Of a stretch of 32,000 bases of DNA, positions 22,732 through 31,295 are shown piece by piece. This DNA is from Allobaculum fili (lineage in GTDB: Bacteria > Bacillota_I > Bacilli_A > Erysipelotrichales > Erysipelotrichaceae). Where the stretch lies: NCBI RefSeq assembly GCF_020969955.1, contig NZ_JAHDSX010000009.1:30001-62000 (forward strand). Direction: 5' to 3'. Under the pieces are notes generated by a model, which was given only the letters and a program-made list of their open reading frames with translations, did no database searches and was not told the DNA's origin. Position numbers and translations under genes: made by a program. How positions within the stretch are numbered: position 1 is the first letter of the stretch; every line of letters starts with the position of its first letter.

Positions 22732-25386
22732 ATGTTTCAAGCGTTATTCAAGTCGTCCCGGGCTTTTTTATGCGCTTTGAGTCTGTGCTGCGGCCTCTCG
22801 AGTGCCGCCGTGCAGAAGACCGATCCGCCGGACATTCCTGCGCTGACGATGCAGACGAATGAAGGCGGCAGCCTGAGGGCTGTATTGGAAAGTGAACCGA
22901 TCGAATGTCCTCCCGGCCAGAAAACAGAGACCGATCTGAAAGGCGCAAAGACTCTCGAAATCGAAGCCGAAAGCCAGCCGGGCTATGTCATCGAACGACT
23001 CGAAATCAATGATGTCCCACAAAGGGATGCGATGCAGAAAGCGTCCTGGAAGAAAATCGTCCCTGTCGAAACGCCGATGGTTATCCGGGCGCGTTTTGAA
23101 AAAGAAGAAATCGGCAGAGCCAGAGCGGATCAGGCAGACGTAGAGGCTTCACAGATCTCCGATCGCTCAAGCGGGGATGCCTCCTCCAGCTCTTCTCTCG
23201 CATCGTCTTCGGAAAACGAGAGCGATCGCGAAACGGAGCAGAAGGAATCCGATCCGTCCAAAGACGGGGCAAACCCAGAAGAAAACGAAGCCAGTCCTTC
23301 TGCTTCACCGGCAGAAAGACGCGCCGCAAAGCCAAAAGCGTCCGGTCTGGTCGTCGAAGGCTATCGCGCCCTGTCCGTTCGGGTAGGCACTGCCACCGAA
23401 AACAACGGACTCTGGCTGCTCTCGAATGGAAAATGGGCGTTTTGCGGCAACTGGCAAAACGGCATGCCCTTGCGGGGCGATTCGGCGAGTGCTCCTGTAG
23501 AAGTCGATAACCCCGCTTTGCGCAAAGTTCTGTATTACGCGTATAACGGTCCGGCGAACATTCTGATCGCCAAAGGCTATTCCGAAGAAGCGCAGATCGT
23601 CATCACCGATGATCTGGTTTCGGAAGCTCTCGGCAACGGATCGTTTTCGCACAATATCGCTCTGGAGGGCAGCTGGATTCCCGTCGTTTCAAAACTCTGG
23701 GAAGAAATTCAGGCCAAACCCGATCCGACCTTTTACAAAGCCTATATGGTCACCGTCGCTGGACAGTATCTCAACTGGAACGGCCATTGGATGCCCAAGC
23801 AGCCGCTGCTGTATGGAGAGGGCGAGCCGCCCAAAGAACCGACGCACTGCTGGTTGTGGATGGAAAAAGGCACCACGATGCCCCAGATTACGGTGTCCAA
23901 CTCCAAGCGCTATTCGTTTGAGGGGGCGGAATTTGGCGTCTACCAGGGCCTGACGCCCGATGAATCCAAACGGGTGGGAACGCTGATCAGTCAGGCCAAT
24001 GGCGAAACGAATACGCTCGATCTGGAAGAAGGCTGGTACTGCATCAAGGAACTCAAAGCGCCGCCAAACTATCAGCTCTCCTCCGAAATCCGGACGGTGC
24101 ATCTCGAAAACGGCAAGACCGTCAAGGAATCGGGAAATGACACGTACTTCCAGGACACGCCGGACTACTTTGTCCCCGGTCTGATTTTGAAAAAGCAGCA
24201 CAGCCGGACTCAGTCTTCCACACCGTCGAAAAGTCTGGCCGGGGCGCAGTTTCAAATCGAGTATTACCGGGACGTCAATGTGAAAGTCAAACCCGGAAAG
24301 AAGCCCGTGCCGGCGTATTCGTGGATTTATCAGACCGACAGCCAGGGGCGTCTCAAAATGGACGATTCGCATTTTGTCAGCGGCGATGAGATTTTCAAAA
24401 CCGCCGATGGAACGCACGTGCTGCCCGTTGGCTGCGTACTGATCCGCGAAATCAAAGCGCCCGACGGCTACTTTCTCAATCCGGAAGAAAAGGGTATCGT
24501 CCTCGATGACACCGCCATCGACCCGTTTGAAAATCCGCTTATTTTCGAAGAGACGCCCATCGACACCATTCTGTTCAAATACGACCGGCAGACCAATGCG
24601 CCTTTAGCCGGCGTCGAATTCCGTCTTGGAAAACCGGATGGAACCGAAGAAATTTTAAAAACGGACGAAAACGGCGAAATCGCCTTTTCCTATGCGACCG
24701 ATGGAACGTACACGATTCAGGAAGTGCAGCCGCTGCAGGGGTATCAGGCAGCCGCCAATGTGCTGACAGTCATCGTTGAAGGCGAACGCGTTCAGATCCA
24801 GGGTCTGGAGGATGGGCAGCGCCATGAAAACGGCCGCCTGTCCATTCCAAACGATTCAGGCGGCGCAAAACTGAAAATTCAAAAAGTCGACGAAAACAAT
24901 GAGCCGCTGCAGGGCGCCGAATTTACTTTGTACGGCGAAGATCGCCAGAGTGTCCTTCAGAAAAAAGAGAGCGGCGAAAACGGCGAAATTCATTTTGAAA
25001 TCGAAGCGGACGGTCTGTATTACATCGCCGAAACGAAAGCGCCTGAAGGCTATCGGATGAAAACGGACGAAACGGGAAATCCGCTGCTTCATGCGATTCG
25101 ATTTGCGCGCGATTCGCAGGGCAATTTGCAGATTACAGTCGATTACAAAGGCGAATCCGCCTGGCCAGAAGGCTGGAGTCTGCAGAAGGACGAAAACGGC
25201 CTTCCCGTTCTGAAATGGACAGTTTCCAATGCGAAACAGCTCCTTCTGCCCCAGAGCGGAAGTCAGGAGGCGCTGCTTTTTAGCGGCATGGCCGTTACGT
25301 TGTGTACTGTCGGGCTGCTTATGCGGACGCCCGCATTTAAGCAAAGAGAGAAGAAGAAAAACGGAAAGAGGGGAACAAACGGATGA
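22732..25386 (+). CDS. Large cell-wall-sorted surface protein, likely pilus tip adhesin, with four SpaA/Cna-B-type domains
   Basis: Signal peptide (MFQALFKSSRAFLCALSLCCGLSSAAV). An N-terminal domain is followed by a Ser/Asp/Glu-rich linker and a Cys-containing domain (AFCGNW). Four repeats of the G(A/V)(E/Q)F ... KAPxGY pattern follow: FEGAEFGVY..IKELKAPPNY, LAGAQFQIEY..IREIKAPDGY, LAGVEFRLG..IQEVQPLQGY and LQGAEFTLY..IAETKAPEGY. The C-terminal sorting signal is LPQSG (25246-25260), a hydrophobic helix and a basic tail. Confidence 0.85.
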   Translation: MFQALFKSSRAFLCALSLCCGLSSAAVQKTDPPDIPALTMQTNEGGSLRAVLESEPIECPPGQKTETDLKGAKTLEIEAESQPGYVIERLEINDVPQRDAMQKASWKKIVPVETPMVIRARFEKEEIGRARADQADVEASQISDRSSGDASSSSSLASSSENESDRETEQKESDPSKDGANPEENEASPSASPAERRAAKPKASGLVVEGYRALSVRVGTATENNGLWLLSNGKWAFCGNWQNGMPLRGDSASAPVEVDNPALRKVLYYAYNGPANILIAKGYSEEAQIVITDDLVSEALGNGSFSHNIALEGSWIPVVSKLWEEIQAKPDPTFYKAYMVTVAGQYLNWNGHWMPKQPLLYGEGEPPKEPTHCWLWMEKGTTMPQITVSNSKRYSFEGAEFGVYQGLTPDESKRVGTLISQANGETNTLDLEEGWYCIKELKAPPNYQLSSEIRTVHLENGKTVKESGNDTYFQDTPDYFVPGLILKKQHSRTQSSTPSKSLAGAQFQIEYYRDVNVKVKPGKKPVPAYSWIYQTDSQGRLKMDDSHFVSGDEIFKTADGTHVLPVGCVLIREIKAPDGYFLNPEEKGIVLDDTAIDPFENPLIFEETPIDTILFKYDRQTNAPLAGVEFRLGKPDGTEEILKTDENGEIAFSYATDGTYTIQEVQPLQGYQAAANVLTVIVEGERVQIQGLEDGQRHENGRLSIPNDSGGAKLKIQKVDENNEPLQGAEFTLYGEDRQSVLQKKESGENGEIHFEIEADGLYYIAETKAPEGYRMKTDETGNPLLHAIRFARDSQGNLQITVDYKGESAWPEGWSLQKDENGLPVLKWTVSNAKQLLLPQSGSQEALLFSGMAVTLCTVGLLMRTPAFKQREKKKNGKRGTNG

Positions 25387-27221
25387 GTCACAAAAGACGA
25401 TGGCCGCAGGCGCTGGCTTTAAGCGCCGTCCTGGGACTGAGCGGCATGACGGCTATGTATACGCCGCTTCTGGTCCATCCAGTTCTGGCGGCGCAGACGT
25501 GCACCATTACGCTGCACCCGGGAAATACCGGATCGCTGGCGGGACGCAAGTTTGAACTGTATCGCCTGATGGATGCTCAGGAAGCCGAAGATGGAAGTTC
25601 CATTCACTACACGATCAACCCGTTATGCAAGCCGGCGCTCGTTCGAACGATCTGCGATCGAAAAGGCATTGCGCTCCAGGACATGACGGACCAGCAGATC
25701 CTGGACGAAGTCGAAACGTATCGCACGATTGTCGGCCAGCCGGAAGGCGTTCAGTCCGATTTCCGGCAGTTTGTTGAAAGTCTGCGTCCCAATCTGATGC
25801 AGTATGCCAATCCGGAAAAGCGGGTAACGATTACGCAGGCGGACGTATCCGCGGCGGACGGATCGTATGTGTTCAAAAATCTTAAGCCGGGCTGGTATCT
25901 GCTCAATGAAGCCGACATCCCCTCAAGCGCGCAGACTCATCAGGCCGCTTCGCTTTGCGTGGTGGATACGTGGACGAAAAACATGGACGTGCAGCTGAAA
26001 GGAAGCGTGCCGCAGCTGATCAAGAAAATTGAAGAAGACGATCAGAATGTCGGCTGGAACGATATCGGCGATTACCAGGGCGGGCAGAACATTCCGTATC
26101 GCATCGATGTCGCCGTGCCGTCGATGGAGGAATACGATACGTACTTCATGAAAATCCACGATGTGATGGACGCCGGTCTGACTCTGCATCCGGATTCCAT
26201 TCGCTGCAGCTTTGTGGAAGGCAGCCAGATCAAAACCATTCCCGCCGGTCAGTATCGGGTCGAAACCGGAACGGAAGGCGAAACGTTTGCGGTTTGTTTT
26301 GACGACGTGAAGGGGCTGGTAAATTCCATTCTGCCCAAATTCGATGCTGCAGGAAATCACGTGTACGGCCAGACGCTGCGCATCGAATTTGAAGGCGAAT
26401 TCAATGAAAACGCCTTTACCAGCGGCGAAGGCATGACCGCGCAGGAAAACGATGCGCGTCTGGAGTATTCCAGTGATCCGCGTGCGGACGGGCAGGGAAA
26501 GCACAACTTCACCCCATGGGATACCGTTGTCAGCTATTCCTATGCGCTGAAGGCGACAAAGATCAATGACGCCGACAAGCCGCTTAAGGATGCAGCCTTC
26601 CGCCTGTATGAAGACGAAGCGTGCACCCGGGAAATTCTGCTTCGACCAGCGAAAGACGGCTATTTTGTTATGAACGAAAACGCAATTGCGCAAAATCCGG
26701 ATCTGAAAAAGCAGGCGGTCGAAATGGTCACCGGCGCCGACGGGATTTTCCGCATTTACGGACTGGATCAGGGCAGCGTCTATTTGAAGGAAACGCGCGC
26801 GCCGCAAGGCTATCGCGGACTGTCGAAACCCGTTCAGCTCGATGTGCTTCCGACGTTTACCAATCAGCGCGATGAATACACAGCCGGCGATAAGGATCTC
26901 GATCGCAAAACCCTGAATACGCTCGAAGCCAGAGCGGTCATTACCAACCATGTGCTCGGCCAGGACGAACGCGTGGAAAAAGTACTCGAAACGTCAATCC
27001 ATCCTTTGGCCCTCTATATGGATGTGGTCAACCGGACGTCTCTCGTTCTGCCTCTGAGCGGATCGAGTACAGCGCTGGTTTCTTTCGGCGCGAGCGGCCT
27101 GCTCGTTATCGGCGGACTGAGTCTGGGTCTGGCCAGCCGCCGCAAATCCAAAGCGGAAGACGAAATGGAAAACGCTGAATCTGGAAAACAAAAAAATCGA
27201 AAGAAAGGTCCGAAGCAATGA
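25383..27221 (+). CDS. Isopeptide-forming fimbrial (shaft) pilin candidate
   Basis: Signal peptide; LAGRKFELYRL; the middle domain carries IPYRIDVAVPS and NDARLEYSSDP. The C-terminal Cna-B-like domain has an E-box-like VYLKETRAPQGY. The sorting signal is LPLSG (27048-27062), a TM helix and a long charged tail. ATGA overlap with the upstream gene. Confidence 0.8.
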   Translation: MSHKRRWPQALALSAVLGLSGMTAMYTPLLVHPVLAAQTCTITLHPGNTGSLAGRKFELYRLMDAQEAEDGSSIHYTINPLCKPALVRTICDRKGIALQDMTDQQILDEVETYRTIVGQPEGVQSDFRQFVESLRPNLMQYANPEKRVTITQADVSAADGSYVFKNLKPGWYLLNEADIPSSAQTHQAASLCVVDTWTKNMDVQLKGSVPQLIKKIEEDDQNVGWNDIGDYQGGQNIPYRIDVAVPSMEEYDTYFMKIHDVMDAGLTLHPDSIRCSFVEGSQIKTIPAGQYRVETGTEGETFAVCFDDVKGLVNSILPKFDAAGNHVYGQTLRIEFEGEFNENAFTSGEGMTAQENDARLEYSSDPRADGQGKHNFTPWDTVVSYSYALKATKINDADKPLKDAAFRLYEDEACTREILLRPAKDGYFVMNENAIAQNPDLKKQAVEMVTGADGIFRIYGLDQGSVYLKETRAPQGYRGLSKPVQLDVLPTFTNQRDEYTAGDKDLDRKTLNTLEARAVITNHVLGQDERVEKVLETSIHPLALYMDVVNRTSLVLPLSGSSTALVSFGASGLLVIGGLSLGLASRRKSKAEDEMENAESGKQKNRKKGPKQ

Positions 27222-28078
27222 AAAAGCGCGGCCAGAGAGCGGGTCGTAAAAAGAACATCCGAAAGACGCTTTCCCTCCTTCTGATCGTTCTGGGTCTTGG
27301 CTTCAGCATGCTGCCGGCGCTTTCTTTTTCCTGGACGAAGGCGGCGCAGGAAGACAGTGTGCGCTCCATGCTCCAGACACCGCAGAAGAGCGATGTTCAA
27401 AAACTCGAGGCGATCGATCAGAACGCCAGGCGCTACAATCAGGCACTTGCGCAGGATCTGGACGGGGCTTTTCCTTCCCGGGAGCAGGACGGCTATGAAG
27501 AACAGCTCGACTGGAACGGCAATTCGATCATGGGTTCGATTTCCATTCCCAAAATCGGGGTCCATCTGCCGATTTATCCCAGAGCCAGTGCGCAGAGCAT
27601 GGCCAGCGGAGCCGGACATGTGGAATGGTCTTCGCTGCCCTGCGGCGGGAAAGGCAGTCATTGCCTGCTTTCTTCGCACCGGGGCATGGCGAGCGCGATG
27701 CTGTTTACGCGCCTGGATGAGCTGGAAGAAGGGGATCTGTTTCTGATCGAAAATCCGCTCGAGACGCTTGCCTATCGCGTCTGCGACATTCAGGTAGTGG
27801 AACCGTCCAAAACGGAGAAGCTGAAAATCGATCCGGAGGAAGATCGGGTGACGCTCATTACGTGTACGCCCTTTGGCATCAATTCACACCGTCTTTTAGT
27901 AAGCGGGATGCGCACGGAATATACCCAGGATATGGAAGAAGAGCGTCAGAGCGCTTCGCCGATGCTTTCGGTTTCTTCGCCGGTTTCCCGGCTGTTTCTG
28001 CTCGTGCCGGCTGCCCTGTTCGGTCTGGTCGGACTCGTTTTTCTGGCGCGCTTTTTCGCTCATAGGAAAAGACGCTGA
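27218..28078 (+). CDS. srtC: Class C (pilus-polymerising) sortase
   Basis: N-terminal TM anchor, GHVEWSSLP.GG, His in LLSSHRG, catalytic Cys in TLITCTP (Cys codon 27863-27865), Arg in NSHRLLVSGMR, and a C-terminal TM helix typical of class C. ATGA overlap with the pilin gene. Confidence 0.9.
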   Translation: MKKRGQRAGRKKNIRKTLSLLLIVLGLGFSMLPALSFSWTKAAQEDSVRSMLQTPQKSDVQKLEAIDQNARRYNQALAQDLDGAFPSREQDGYEEQLDWNGNSIMGSISIPKIGVHLPIYPRASAQSMASGAGHVEWSSLPCGGKGSHCLLSSHRGMASAMLFTRLDELEEGDLFLIENPLETLAYRVCDIQVVEPSKTEKLKIDPEEDRVTLITCTPFGINSHRLLVSGMRTEYTQDMEEERQSASPMLSVSSPVSRLFLLVPAALFGLVGLVFLARFFAHRKRR

Positions 28079-28081
28079 ATG

Positions 28082-28127
28082 CCTGCCTTATCGAAATACA
28101 AAACGATAAAGCAGGAGGCTTGTTTTT
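28082..28127 (+). terminator. Terminator-like hairpin inside the pilus operon, between srtC and the last pilin gene
   Basis: CCTGCCTTATCG (28082-28093) pairs with CGATAAAGCAGG (28104-28115) at 11 of 12 positions. AGGCTTGTTTTT follows. Confidence 0.55.
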
Positions 28128-28150
28128 AAAGTTGGAAAGGAGAATGTGAT

Positions 28151-29176
28151 TTGAATCGAATCCGACAGCTTCTCATATCGCTGCTGATGTGTCTTTGCCT
28201 GTCCGGTCTGCCCGTTCGCGCAGCCGAAATCGATGCGGCCAGCGAAGAGTCGCCTTCTCCGGCGATTCTGATCGAGCTGGAAGAGACGGAAGACCATCGA
28301 AATGGGCACGATGTGGAATTTGAGCTGTACCAGTGTGCCCGGCTCGAAAACGGCGGCTTCGAATATCTGGACGGGTATAAAAACTGTTCCCTGCAGCCGG
28401 AAGATCTTCAAAGCGCCGACGCCCTCTACAAGGCGCTCGACATTTTATCCGCGGCGAAAGGCAAGCCGATCGCTACATGTACGAGCGATAAAAACGGTCA
28501 GGCACTCTTTGAAACCGGCGAATGCGGTCTGTTTCTGATCCATACGTCCAGGCCGTCCGGCTACAACCGGATTCCGGATTTTCTTTGCGCGCTTCCCGTG
28601 TTTAACGAGGAAAACGGTTCGCTCGAATACCGGGTAAAAGTCAGCGCCAAGTCGCTGCCGCTGCCAGTCGTGCAAATCGTCAAGACTGACGAAGACGGAA
28701 AAGCCATTACGTCAAAAAACTTTGCGTTTTCCGCCTATCGGGATGAAGAGTGCAAGAATCTGCGCAACGAAGTCGCCGGCGATCCCAAAAACGGCTTTGC
28801 GCGCTTCACGCTCGATCTGGGAGAAACCATTTATATTCGGGAAACCAAAGCGCCTGAAGGCTATGATCTGAGTTCACGGATCGTCAAAGCCGAGCTGCTC
28901 GAAGACGGTCAGCTTTTTATTGACGAAAGGCTGCAGACGCAAAACGCGCTGACCATTGCAGTACCGTACGCCGATCGAAAGAGCAGCCCGACACCGCAGC
29001 CTGGTACAAATCCCCCGTCGACGAATACGAAAACACCGCCAAGCACGCTCAGAAGTCCGCAAACCGGATCGCAAACGCACTACCGCGATCTGCTGCTTCT
29101 GTTTGGAGCCATGTGGATGCTTCTGCTTGGCCTGATCGCCCTTCAAAGAAAGCTGGATCGAAAGAAAACCCAGTAA
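28151..29176 (+). CDS. Minor/basal pilin candidate with a Cna-B-type domain and a proline-rich stalk
   Basis: TTG start 8 nt after AAAGGAG; signal peptide. It contains HDVEFELYQ and a Cna-B-like VKTDEDGKAI...FAFSAY...IYIRETKAPEGY. A Pro/Thr-rich segment (SSPTPQPGTNPPSTNTKTPPST) leads into the sorting signal SPQTG (29054-29068), a TM helix and a basic tail. Confidence 0.8.
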   Translation: MNRIRQLLISLLMCLCLSGLPVRAAEIDAASEESPSPAILIELEETEDHRNGHDVEFELYQCARLENGGFEYLDGYKNCSLQPEDLQSADALYKALDILSAAKGKPIATCTSDKNGQALFETGECGLFLIHTSRPSGYNRIPDFLCALPVFNEENGSLEYRVKVSAKSLPLPVVQIVKTDEDGKAITSKNFAFSAYRDEECKNLRNEVAGDPKNGFARFTLDLGETIYIRETKAPEGYDLSSRIVKAELLEDGQLFIDERLQTQNALTIAVPYADRKSSPTPQPGTNPPSTNTKTPPSTLRSPQTGSQTHYRDLLLLFGAMWMLLLGLIALQRKLDRKKTQ

Positions 29177-29266
29177 AAAAGCACCCGCCAAAAAGCAGGT
29201 GCAAAACGGTACGATCGATCCGACGGTCCGCCCAGAAGCGGGCCGGTACAAAGATCGCTGGTGTGC

Positions 29267-29593
29267 TTATTTTGAATCGTTTGGATTGAGCAGTTTCTGC
29301 CAGAGGTTCAGCTCGGTTCGAAGATCTTCACACTGTTCATCGAGTGTCTGAAACAAATTGTAGAGACCATCTTCGCTGAAAATTCCGGAAGACTGATTTT
29401 CAGGCAGGGGATGGTTTTCTTCATAATCGCGATCCGCCAGCCAGTTGCCGTTAAAATACCAGTCATACAGCTCGCTCAGACTGTCCTGACCGGCTTTCAG
29501 CGCGTCCAGAAGCTGACTCATCTGGCTGGACAGGTCTTCGAGGTCCTGCATTTTCTTTTCGCGCTTTGCGCACATTCGTTCAAAATCGTTCAT
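29267..29593 (-). CDS. Small helical protein, DUF4298-like (assignment from memory, unverified)
   Basis: 108 aa; AAAGGAGG SD. The pattern LSELYDWYFNGNWLADRDYEE...GIFSEDGLYNL resembles DUF4298-type proteins as I recall them. Confidence 0.6.
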   Translation of the reverse strand: MNDFERMCAKREKKMQDLEDLSSQMSQLLDALKAGQDSLSELYDWYFNGNWLADRDYEENHPLPENQSSGIFSEDGLYNLFQTLDEQCEDLRTELNLWQKLLNPNDSK

Positions 29594-29655
29594 GGCTTTT
29601 CCTCCTTTAAAGGGATGGCCTTATGCATATACCTTAAAGAAGGCCGATCGAGGAA

Positions 29656-31050
29656 TCAGTTTTTGTGCTTGCGGGATTCGATGAGATTGCGGGCCGCATA
29701 GACACCGCTTGCGGACGCGTGGGAGAGGGAATGGGTAACGCCGGAGCAGTCGCCGATGACGTAAAGGCCTTTGCGGGATGTTTCGAGATGGTGATCGACT
29801 TCGACTTCCATGTTGTAAAACTTGACTTCCACGCCATAGAGCAGCGTATCGTCGCTGGCCGTCGATGGCGCTACCTTATCGAGTGCGTAAATCATTTCGA
29901 TGATGTCATCGAGCTGACGTTTTGGAATGACCAGAGACAGATCGCCTGGAGTAGCTTTCAGCGTCGGACGGACAAAGCCGGAATCGATGCGATCCTGAGT
30001 GGAGCGCTGACCGCGGATCAGATCGCCGAAGCGCTGTACGATCACGCCGCCGCCGAGCATGTTGGACAGACGGGCAATCGATTCGCCGTAGGCGTTGGAT
30101 TCATGGAACGGTTCCGTAAAGTGGCTGGAGACGAGCAGCGCGAAGTTGGTGTTTTCCGTAAACAGGGACGGATCGGAATACGAATGGCCGTTTACGGTAA
30201 TGATGCCATTGGTGTTTTCGTTGACGACCACGCCATGCGGGTTCATGCAGAACGTACGGATTTTGTCCTGATACTTTTTGGAACGGTAGACGATTTTGGA
30301 TTCGTAGAGAGAATCGGTCAGTTCGCTGAAGGTGACGTAGGGCACTTCCACACGAACGCCGATGTCAATGCGGCTGGCCTGGGATTTCAGGTTGAGATCC
30401 TTGCAGATGGATTCCATCCAGCGCGAGCCGGAACGGCCGGTGGAGATGATCATCTGATCGCCTTCAAAGCGGGATCCGTCGCTGCACCAGGCGATGTAGC
30501 GACCGTCCTTGGCGACGATCGAATCGGCATGATGGAAGAAGTGGAAGTCCACTTTGTCCTTCAGTTCGTTGTACAGATTGTTCAGAACGACGAGATTGAC
30601 GTCGGTACCGAGGTGACGGACGTTCGCCTTAAGCAGATGCAGGTTGTTTTCCAGACATTTCTTGTAAAGACGGGCATCGCTGCCTTCGAAAAGACGCGTC
30701 TTGTCGCCGCCGCATTTACAGTTGATTTCGTCGACGTATTCCATCAGTTCGATGGCTTCTTTTTTGCCGGTGTATTCGTAAAGGGTGCCGCCGAATTCGT
30801 TGGTGATGTTGTATTTGCCATCGGAAAAGGCGCCGGCTCCGCCAAATCCGCTCATGATCGAGCAGGACGGGCAGCGTACGCAGGAAGGAACGGTGGTGCC
30901 GTTGATCGGACATTTTCTTTTGGAAAGGGGAGCGCCGCTTTCGAGAACGCCGATTCGTAAAGTCGGATCCAGCCGGGTCAGCTCATACGCCGCAAAAATA
31001 CCGCCGGGACCTGCACCGATAATCAAGACATCGTAAGATACAGTTTCCAT
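29656..31050 (-). CDS. NAD(P)/FAD-dependent oxidoreductase, COG2509-related, with an N-terminal four-Cys cluster
   Basis: VLIIGAGPGGIFAAYEL dinucleotide fold and GFGGAGAFSDGK (the same motif as the 11971 paralog). C47-x9-C57-x2-C60-x2-C63 lies at nt 30862-30912. The C-terminus has GDCSGVTHSLSHASASG. AGGAG SD lies 10 nt before the ATG. Confidence 0.8.
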   Translation of the reverse strand: METVSYDVLIIGAGPGGIFAAYELTRLDPTLRIGVLESGAPLSKRKCPINGTTVPSCVRCPSCSIMSGFGGAGAFSDGKYNITNEFGGTLYEYTGKKEAIELMEYVDEINCKCGGDKTRLFEGSDARLYKKCLENNLHLLKANVRHLGTDVNLVVLNNLYNELKDKVDFHFFHHADSIVAKDGRYIAWCSDGSRFEGDQMIISTGRSGSRWMESICKDLNLKSQASRIDIGVRVEVPYVTFSELTDSLYESKIVYRSKKYQDKIRTFCMNPHGVVVNENTNGIITVNGHSYSDPSLFTENTNFALLVSSHFTEPFHESNAYGESIARLSNMLGGGVIVQRFGDLIRGQRSTQDRIDSGFVRPTLKATPGDLSLVIPKRQLDDIIEMIYALDKVAPSTASDDTLLYGVEVKFYNMEVEVDHHLETSRKGLYVIGDCSGVTHSLSHASASGVYAARNLIESRKHKN

Positions 31051-31067
31051 AGTGTATATTCTCCTGG

Positions 31068-31082
31068 ATTCCCTGAGGGAAT
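31068..31082. promoter_or_regulatory. Perfect 15-bp palindrome ATTCCCTGAGGGAAT directly upstream of the SD of the 29656-31050 gene
   Basis: Seen directly in the sequence, 2 nt from the AGGAG SD (31061-31065 on the minus strand). It could be an operator or an SD-proximal RNA hairpin. Confidence 0.4.
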
Positions 31083-31295
31083 GGTTTTAAATCGTTTGCG
31101 GTGGGCCTGCACACCGGTTTCGCCAAGTCGTCCCAGACCGTGCAGACACACAAAAAGTCCCGCTTCCATCGGTGCATAGCGTATCCATGTCTGAATTTTC
31201 CAGAAGGATTCCTCCGGGAATATCGCTGCGACAAGTCCGAAACAAGCAGGATCAGGGCTGCTGCCAGAGAAAGGCCAAAGCCGCCCGAATACGGA

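Noticed and set aside
23473-23481. An RGD tripeptide in the tip adhesin as an integrin-binding motif
   Set aside because: A single tripeptide is expected by chance in an 884-aa protein. There is no structural context or conservation information, so it is not reportable as a feature.
29181-29202. A hairpin after the last pilin gene as the plus-strand terminator of the pilus operon
   Set aside because: It has only a 5-bp stem (GCACC/GGTGC), and the U-run is on the wrong side for the plus strand. It fits better as a weak terminator for the convergent minus-strand DUF4298-like gene. The pilus operon terminator remains unidentified.
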